A stretch of 33,328 nt of DNA from an uncultured Prevotellaceae bacterium (lineage in GTDB: Bacteria; Bacteroidota; Bacteroidia; Bacteroidales; Muribaculaceae), in contig CALAVD010000368.1 in assembly GCA_937892085.1 (NCBI GenBank), positions 1 through 33,328 of the forward strand, read 5' to 3'. The notes under the pieces were generated by a model. The model was given only the letters and a program-made list of their open reading frames with translations, did not search any database and was not told the DNA's origin. Positions within the stretch are counted from its first letter, which is position 1, and the number at the start of each line of letters is the position of its first letter. Made by a program: the position numbers and the translations under genes. Positions 17,529-24,545 of the stretch are shown here, in pieces.

Positions 17529-20500
17529 ATGAAAATCAGAAAAAACCTTACATTAGCATTAATTTCGGCTGCCACATTAGTGTTTGCATTACCTCAACTG
17601 GCACAGGAGCGTCAGGCCAAGGAACCGAGTTCATTGGACAACGGCATGGAGGCTCCTCTCAACCAGGAGAAAATGCATTTCACTAACGACCTGAGCCGCT
17701 TTGCAATGAGCAACAGCAAGCAAGTTAAAAACACCGTTAATGATGCCGGCGAGGAAATCGACGACCATGGCATCATCGTTGCGCCGCCACAAGGCGAGAC
17801 GCATTACTACAAACGCTCGGGAAAGGCCTACTACTACGATGACAACTGGAACTTCTATAGCTCCAATCAAGGTGGTCATGTCACCATCGTAGAGACTCCA
17901 GACGGCGCAGTCTATGTAAAAGACATTATCTCGCACTATGCTCAAAACTCATGGGTGAGAGGCGCCAAGAGTGGCAACACACTCACCATCCCAGTGGGGC
18001 AACCGCTCACCTACGACACCCAATATGGCATCACTTTGAGCCTACATTGGGGAACCACCGACAACAACTGGGGCATGCTCGACACACAGGACGTAACCTT
18101 TACTATCAACGGCAGCACTCTCTCGCTTGAAAACTCGAGTGCCAGCTCCTACATTGGCGCATTTTGGGACGGAGGCTACAACACCTTCTCGGGTTGGGGC
18201 GACTATAACACCATGTGGACTCTTGATGAGAATTACACACCTGCCTCTCAAGACTTAGTGACACTGCCCAGCGGCATCGCTACCCAGGAGTGGTACAGCG
18301 AGGGAACCATCTATGAAGGCGACAACTTCGAGAGCAATGTAACAGTAGCCAAGAATGCCAACGACATCTATGTGAAAGGCATCTTCACCACATTCCCCGA
18401 TTCATGGATAAAGGGTGTGGTTGACGGCAATAAGGTGACATTTGCTCAAAATCAGTTCTTAGGCTACATGAACGACGGCACTCCAGTGTGGGCTACAGGA
18501 TACGGCAACAGTGGTCTTGGCGATATCACATTCTATTACGACAGCGAGGCTAACGAGTATGACTCACAAACAATCGTGTTAGCCAATGGCAGTGACGACC
18601 AAGTTATCTATGCCGAGGCATTCAGTGACTTCTCTTTCATGCCCGAGAAGCCAGGCACAGTGATGATTGATGAGTTGCCTTATCTCAACAATTTTGAGAC
18701 CAAGGCTCGTCGCCGTCCTTTTACCATTATCGACAACAATGGCGACAACAGCACCTGGGACAGCGGACTTCACAGCAACTCAGGTTCCTATATGTTCTAT
18801 TACTCCTACAATGCCAACAACGCCGGCGACGATTGGCTCATCTCGCCAGCCATCAAGCTTGAGGAGGGCAAGCACTATCGCTTCTCACTTAATGCCTGGG
18901 CGCAAAACTCTGCCAACGTGGAGCGCCTGGAAGTGATGCTTGGTAGAGACATAAATGCAGCATCAATGACACAGACTATCATTAATGCCACCGATATCAA
19001 CCATTCTGTTATCATCAACATTGCCGAGGAGTCGCAACTGCTTGAGAACACCGACTTCACAGTAGCCAAAACGGGCTACTACTACTTTGGCATTCATGCC
19101 ATCAGTGAGAAAGACCGCTATTATCTCTATATCGACAATTTCAATGTGGCACTTGCCACCACTGCCGAGTCACCAGCCGCCGCCACTAATGTGAGCGTTA
19201 CCCAAGAACCAGGCATGCTGGCTGACAATGTGAGCTTCACAGCTCCAGCCGTTACTATCTCGGGCAACCCAATAACCGAGAACTTGGCATCGGTCAATGT
19301 GTACCGCGATGGTGAACCAGTGGCATCGCTTGCCAATGTTGCTCCAGGTTCACAGCAATCAATTTCGGACAATAATGGTCTCTCTTTGGGTCAACATGAC
19401 TACTATGTGGTAGCAACCAGCAATAGCGGTGAGGGCGAGAAAAGCGACACCGTTCAAGCTTTTATCACATTGACACAACCCATACCTGTGGTCTATGACT
19501 TCACTACTCAGAACTTTAACCAGTCGTTAGTGATCGATGCCAACGGCGACGGCCGCTCATGGAACGGAGGTTTGAGCGATGGAGCCACCTACACCTTTGG
19601 ACACATCGATGCTAACGAATATCTTATCACCCAGCCGGCACATCTTGAGGCGGGCATCAGTTACAACATAACTGTGAACGCCTGCTCTAATGGCACCGAG
19701 TATCCCGAGTCCTTCGAGCTCCTCATGGGCAAGGGCTATGGTTTAGACGACCTCGACATCGTGGCCATGGAGCCCACTCAAGTGCAAACCGAGGACAATG
19801 ATTATCAAGACTACTCATGCGACGTCACTGTAGCCGAGACGGGCGACTATTTCATTGCTTTGCACTGCATCTCAACTGTGAATGATGGGTTCATATTTAA
19901 AGTAAAGAAGATTCTTGTCAACAAGAATGCTTCGGCCAATGGACCTGCCGCTCCAGCTATCACTGTCACTGCTGAGCCCATGGGAAAGACCGAGGCCTTA
20001 GTCTCCGTCACGGCGCCCACCACGTGCATCGACGGCTCACTGCTCGGTGTCAACCTGTCTCATCTCGACATACTGCGCGACGACAACATGGTGAACACCA
20101 CACTCAATGTAGCACCGGGGGCAACCATCTCCTTCAACGACACCACTGCCACTAAGGGCACTCACACCTATTATGCCATCGCCTACGATGCCGACGGAAA
20201 CCCAGGAGCCACGAGTGAGAGAATCACCCTCTACGTGGGTCAAGATATCCCCAAGGCAATCTACGATGTGCGCTACGCCGACAATGGCGACGGCTACACT
20301 CTCATGTGGGACAAGGTTGACAGCATAGGCCGAAATAATGGCTATGTAAATCCCGCACTCGTTTACTATGTAATCTCCGATAACAAGGTGAGTGAGATTG
20401 CCGGCGTTGAATATGACGACGTGGGTGATGAAATTGGACGTGTGCAAGACGAGAACTTCTTCACCTTCACTGGCCTTAATACCGACGAGGGCGAGCAGCA

Positions 20501-21218
20501 TCTTGTTCCCTACTATGTGCGCACTGAGAATATCGCCGGTGCTACCACCGATTACCAAAAGTATATAATCATTGGTGAACCTTATCAATTGCCCGTAGAA
20601 GAAAGCTTTACAGGGAATGCCGTTCACACCCTGTGGGACTACAGCGATGCTACCAGCTTGGGTGCCAGCAGCGACGCCTCGGATGGCGACGGCAATGCCG
20701 CTCGACTTGGCCCCTCGGGAACCTATGGTGTAGCTGAGCTTGAGACAGGCAAAATCAACCTTAAGACCACAGTTCAGCCAGTTCTTTCTTTCGACGTGAA
20801 GAAGGGGCTCACCAATGAGAATGAGCTTACAATCTATGCCGTCCTTCCCGATGGCTCAAAAGTCGATTTGCAAACCGTGGCAATCACCAACGCCTTTGTT
20901 AACAACAAAATATCGCTCAACGATGAGACTCTCAAGCAGGCACGCTTTGCCCGCATTGGCTTCAGGGTAGATTTTGCCTTCCCGGCACTCAATCACTATG
21001 TCATCCTCGATAACATCAAGATTGAGGACAATGCAATTTATGGCGATGTCAATGGCGATGGACAAGTCACAAGTATCGACGTTACAGCACTTTACAACTA
21101 CCTTCTCAACAACGATATGAGCTCGATTGTCAATGGCGATGTTGATAACGACGGCTACATCACATCGGGTGACATTTCCTCGGTATATAATATCCTGCTA
21201 ACCCAAAAAAAGAGATAA
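17529..21218 (+). CDS. Large secreted surface protein with cleaved-adhesin (choice-of-anchor J)-like and Ig/FN3-like domains and a C-terminal type I dockerin-like domain
   Basis: 1229 aa; signal peptide; FTIIDNNGDNSTW..DDWLISPAIKL and IDANGDGRSW..EYLITQP modules; VSFTAP..VYRDG repeats; GDVNGDGQVTSID and GDVDNDGYITSGD Ca-binding pair. Confidence 0.8.
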   Translation: MKIRKNLTLALISAATLVFALPQLAQERQAKEPSSLDNGMEAPLNQEKMHFTNDLSRFAMSNSKQVKNTVNDAGEEIDDHGIIVAPPQGETHYYKRSGKAYYYDDNWNFYSSNQGGHVTIVETPDGAVYVKDIISHYAQNSWVRGAKSGNTLTIPVGQPLTYDTQYGITLSLHWGTTDNNWGMLDTQDVTFTINGSTLSLENSSASSYIGAFWDGGYNTFSGWGDYNTMWTLDENYTPASQDLVTLPSGIATQEWYSEGTIYEGDNFESNVTVAKNANDIYVKGIFTTFPDSWIKGVVDGNKVTFAQNQFLGYMNDGTPVWATGYGNSGLGDITFYYDSEANEYDSQTIVLANGSDDQVIYAEAFSDFSFMPEKPGTVMIDELPYLNNFETKARRRPFTIIDNNGDNSTWDSGLHSNSGSYMFYYSYNANNAGDDWLISPAIKLEEGKHYRFSLNAWAQNSANVERLEVMLGRDINAASMTQTIINATDINHSVIINIAEESQLLENTDFTVAKTGYYYFGIHAISEKDRYYLYIDNFNVALATTAESPAAATNVSVTQEPGMLADNVSFTAPAVTISGNPITENLASVNVYRDGEPVASLANVAPGSQQSISDNNGLSLGQHDYYVVATSNSGEGEKSDTVQAFITLTQPIPVVYDFTTQNFNQSLVIDANGDGRSWNGGLSDGATYTFGHIDANEYLITQPAHLEAGISYNITVNACSNGTEYPESFELLMGKGYGLDDLDIVAMEPTQVQTEDNDYQDYSCDVTVAETGDYFIALHCISTVNDGFIFKVKKILVNKNASANGPAAPAITVTAEPMGKTEALVSVTAPTTCIDGSLLGVNLSHLDILRDDNMVNTTLNVAPGATISFNDTTATKGTHTYYAIAYDADGNPGATSERITLYVGQDIPKAIYDVRYADNGDGYTLMWDKVDSIGRNNGYVNPALVYYVISDNKVSEIAGVEYDDVGDEIGRVQDENFFTFTGLNTDEGEQHLVPYYVRTENIAGATTDYQKYIIIGEPYQLPVEESFTGNAVHTLWDYSDATSLGASSDASDGDGNAARLGPSGTYGVAELETGKINLKTTVQPVLSFDVKKGLTNENELTIYAVLPDGSKVDLQTVAITNAFVNNKISLNDETLKQARFARIGFRVDFAFPALNHYVILDNIKIEDNAIYGDVNGDGQVTSIDVTALYNYLLNNDMSSIVNGDVDNDGYITSGDISSVYNILLTQKKR

Positions 21219-21259
21219 CAAACCAATATTTATTCACTAATTTAAACTCTTAAAATTGT

Positions 21260-22834
21260 ATGAAAAAATTATTCCTTTCAATCGTTACAGTAGTGGCATG
21301 TGCTCTATCCATCAACGCCACTGTTGAAACTCTAACAGTGGCCAATGGCACAGCCACTTCGGAGTATGCACCCATCTACACCACTTGGTTCTCAACAGCC
21401 AATGCTACTCCTCATTCGCAAGTTATCTACACCGCCAGCATGCTTGAGAACATGGTAGGCGGTCAAATCACTGGAGTGCGTTACTATTTTGCTGGCAACG
21501 GCAATACCATGCAGGGTGGCAAGTTCAACCTCTCGATTGGCGAAGCAAGCAAAGACTCGTGGAGTTTCTTTGACGAAACTCCTCTCGAGGGACTTGCCGT
21601 TGTAAAAGCCGATGTCGTTGCTCCCGAATTAGGAGCATCGGTATTAGAAATCACTTTCGACACCCCCTATGAGTACAATGGTGGCAACCTCGGTATCGAG
21701 ACACTGGTAACCGAAGCTGGCAACATGGATGGCTCAACCTATTTCTATGGTATGTCGATGAGCAATAGCTATCCTCTCAACTATGCTTACTACAACAGCG
21801 ATGCCGACCAGCGATATGTCAACACTGGCACTTTCATGCCCAAGACCACTTTTATCTACGAGGTAGAGACCAAGCCCTATGATGTGCGCATTGAGCCCGA
21901 GAGCCTGAACTTTGGCAGGGTGTTGCTGGGCGATGTTAGCGAGCTCACTCTCACCATCACTAACCGCGGTGCCAACGCTGTAACCCCCGTTATGGCACTT
22001 GACGCTCCCTTCACTGTTGACTACACCACAACCACTCTTGGTAACGAGGAGAGCATTACTGTGACTGTGAAGTTTGCTCCTACCGATGCTACTGATTACT
22101 CTACTGTTCTCAACATCGACTGCGGTGAAGGTGGCATCATAGAGGTGCCCATTACTGCTGCTGGCACCGACACTCCCGAGATTACCGTGTGCGACGGCAC
22201 CGACACCGAGGAACACCTGCCCATTTATGGCTATTACTTCGATTCTGAAGTGACCAATACCCAAATGATTTATCCCGCCGAGATGCTTACCAAGCTCGCA
22301 GGAAACAAGATTACAGGCATTAAGTTCTACCCCACTGCTGCCATGAGTCTCACAAGCGGCAAGGCTGCTGTGAGCATGGGAACTGCCACGGGTAACGACG
22401 CATCGGTTGCTACCGACGGAATGGTTGAGGTTGCTACAATCGCTCCACAAGGTGGAGAGACCGAGCTCACCATCACTCTCAATGAGCCTTATATCTATGA
22501 AGGTGGTGCACTTGCCATTAAGACTCAAATGACCGAGAAAGGCAACTATGCAAAAACTTATTTCTATGGTCAAAGCCAGGATAACCGCCTTGGTTTCTGC
22601 CAATGGTCCAACTATAGCAGCAGCACCTATCTGTTCCTGCCCAAGATGACAATTTACTACGAGACTACTCCCACTGCAATTAACACAATCGACAACGATT
22701 GCAATGCACAGGTTAAGAGCATTAAATATGTCAACCCTATGGGTCAGGTTAGCTCAACTCCGTTCAATGGAATAAACATCGTTGTTACCGAGTACACCAA
22801 TGGTACTACCAAGGCCACTAAGGTTTTGAAGTAA
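21260..22834 (+). CDS. Secreted protein with duplicated beta-rich domain, central ASH/choice-of-anchor D-like Ig domain and T9SS-CTD-like tail
   Basis: 524 aa; signal peptide; two related modules (TV..GT....PIY..Q.IY.A.ML...G..ITG...F.PK.T..Y); SLNFGRV..LTITNRG..VTVKFAPT; tail YVNPMGQVSSTPFNGINIVVT..TKVLK. Confidence 0.7.
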   Translation: MKKLFLSIVTVVACALSINATVETLTVANGTATSEYAPIYTTWFSTANATPHSQVIYTASMLENMVGGQITGVRYYFAGNGNTMQGGKFNLSIGEASKDSWSFFDETPLEGLAVVKADVVAPELGASVLEITFDTPYEYNGGNLGIETLVTEAGNMDGSTYFYGMSMSNSYPLNYAYYNSDADQRYVNTGTFMPKTTFIYEVETKPYDVRIEPESLNFGRVLLGDVSELTLTITNRGANAVTPVMALDAPFTVDYTTTTLGNEESITVTVKFAPTDATDYSTVLNIDCGEGGIIEVPITAAGTDTPEITVCDGTDTEEHLPIYGYYFDSEVTNTQMIYPAEMLTKLAGNKITGIKFYPTAAMSLTSGKAAVSMGTATGNDASVATDGMVEVATIAPQGGETELTITLNEPYIYEGGALAIKTQMTEKGNYAKTYFYGQSQDNRLGFCQWSNYSSSTYLFLPKMTIYYETTPTAINTIDNDCNAQVKSIKYVNPMGQVSSTPFNGINIVVTEYTNGTTKATKVLK

Positions 22835-22891
22835 TATGTAAAGAAGCTGCTTCGACATCAGTCTAACAGCTATCTTAATCACCAAAACGAC

Positions 22892-22924
22892 AATCGCCGC
22901 TGCTTCAATAAGCTTGCGGCGATT
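22892..22924 (+). terminator. Hairpin downstream of the surface-protein pair, possible terminator
   Basis: AATCGCCGC (22892-22900) pairs with GCGGCGATT (22916-22924); no clear U-tract. Confidence 0.4.
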
Positions 22925-22941
22925 GCTTCAAAAATCACCCC

Positions 22942-23012
22942 TATTCGGCAGAATATAATCATTATATTTTGCCGAATAAAGTACTTTTTGTATCTTTGCG
23001 GCAAAATATAAT
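22942..23012 (+). promoter_or_regulatory. Promoter with overlapping palindromic operator
   Basis: -33 TTTG (22968-22971), 19 nt, -7 TATCTTTG (22991-22998); 18-bp inverted repeat 22942-22978 (17/18 match) and a third half-site CGGCAAAATATAAT at 22999-23012. Confidence 0.75.
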
Positions 23013-23017
23013 TGCTC

Positions 23018-24460
23018 ATGGAACATATAATAGGCCGAAAATCAGAGATTAACGAGTTGGAAAGATTATATAGCAGTAACCGCCCGGAGTTTGTGGCAGT
23101 ATATGGCCGCCATCGAGTGGGCAAAACTTTCTTGATAAAACAGACTTTTAAGGGACGCATGACCTTCCAACACACTGGCGTGTCGCCTGTAGATTTGTCG
23201 GAAGGAACAAGTAGAATGAGAACTCAACTCGAGAGTTTTTATTTCTCTATGCTTAATCATGGACTCAAGGGATTTGCACCTCCTAAATCTTGGCTGGAAG
23301 CGTTTTTTCAGTTAGAACAACTGCTTAAAAGCGTTGATGACGGCAGTCGCCAACTGGTGTTCCTCGATGAGCTGTCGTGGATGGACACGCCACGCTCTGG
23401 CTTCCTTTCAGCCTTTGAGAATTTTTGGAACGGTTGGTGCAATGGACGCGACAACATAATGGTGATAGTGTGCGGCAGTGCCACATCGTGGATTCTCGGC
23501 AACCTGTCTCGAAGCCGTGGAGGACTTTATGGTCGCTTGACAAGCGAGATAAAACTTTCACCATTCACCTTGAAGGAATGTGAGGAATATTTCGCTAACG
23601 AAGGTATCGAAATTTCGCGCTACGATATTGTTCAGTCGCACATGATATTTGGTGGAATACCTTATTATTTGAGTTATTTCAACAAGGGCTACAGTTTCGA
23701 GAAAAACGTCGATAAGATTTTGTTCGGACCTTCTCCACGATTGAAAGATGAGTTCAACCGCTTATTTAATGCCGTGTTCAACAATTCCGAAGATTGCAAG
23801 AAAATCGTCCGTCATCTGGCAACACGGCACTCGGGATTCACAAGAGAAGAAATAGCCCGAGCCACTGGTCTGCCACTTGGCGGAGGTTTGAGTAATACCC
23901 TTTCATCACTCGTTGAGAGTGATTTCATAATGGCATATACTCCATGGGGCGTTTCAGCTAAAACAGTTTATTACAAGCTCATTGACAACTTCAGTCTCTT
24001 TTGGCTGAAATATGTGGAGACTAATGCTGACGATCGCAGCTATATGACCGACAATGCCACAAGCGAAATTCTGCGAGCATGGAGAGGAGTAGCCTTTGAG
24101 GAAGTGTGCTGGCAGCACATAGAGCAGATTAAACGAGCACTCGAAATTGGAGGCGTGAAGTCTTCAATTTCGGCATGGAGTGTGAAAGGCGACTCAACCC
24201 ATGAGGGAGTGCAAATCGACCTGCTCATTGCGCGGCAAGACAATGTGGTGAACTTGTGCGAAATGAAGTTTGCCGGTGATGTCTATACTATTGACCGCGA
24301 CGAAGAAATGAGACTAAGAAACCGCACCGAGGCATTAAAAAACACATTGTCGAGAAAACAGACCGTGCACTTGACGATGGTCACCAGCTACGGCATCGCT
24401 CAAGGCAAGCACAGCGGCATCGTCCAGCGACAAGTGGTGATGGATGATTTGTTTGAGTAG
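23018..24460 (+). CDS. Archaeal-type AAA/STAND ATPase (ATPase_2) with winged helix and C-terminal PD-(D/E)XK-like (DUF234-type) domain
   Basis: ATG at 23018 preferred over TTG at 23012; IIGRKSE, YGRHRVGKT, FLDE, CGSATSW, GGIPYYL, FEEVC, QIDLLI..VNLCEMK. Confidence 0.88.
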   Translation: MEHIIGRKSEINELERLYSSNRPEFVAVYGRHRVGKTFLIKQTFKGRMTFQHTGVSPVDLSEGTSRMRTQLESFYFSMLNHGLKGFAPPKSWLEAFFQLEQLLKSVDDGSRQLVFLDELSWMDTPRSGFLSAFENFWNGWCNGRDNIMVIVCGSATSWILGNLSRSRGGLYGRLTSEIKLSPFTLKECEEYFANEGIEISRYDIVQSHMIFGGIPYYLSYFNKGYSFEKNVDKILFGPSPRLKDEFNRLFNAVFNNSEDCKKIVRHLATRHSGFTREEIARATGLPLGGGLSNTLSSLVESDFIMAYTPWGVSAKTVYYKLIDNFSLFWLKYVETNADDRSYMTDNATSEILRAWRGVAFEEVCWQHIEQIKRALEIGGVKSSISAWSVKGDSTHEGVQIDLLIARQDNVVNLCEMKFAGDVYTIDRDEEMRLRNRTEALKNTLSRKQTVHLTMVTSYGIAQGKHSGIVQRQVVMDDLFE

Positions 24461-24477
24461 GATATACGCCGCCTTTA

Positions 24478-24514
24478 CATCGTGCACTTGCAGTACCATG
24501 CGCGACTTAATGCC
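24478..24514 (-). repeat. Diverged 37-bp duplicate of a polA coding segment (motif C)
   Basis: 33/37 identical to 24686-24722, same orientation; reads GIKSRMVLQVHD versus polA GIKSRMILQVHD. Confidence 0.85.
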
Positions 24515-24545
24515 ATTCAAGCATCTTATGTGATTCCGCATTAAT

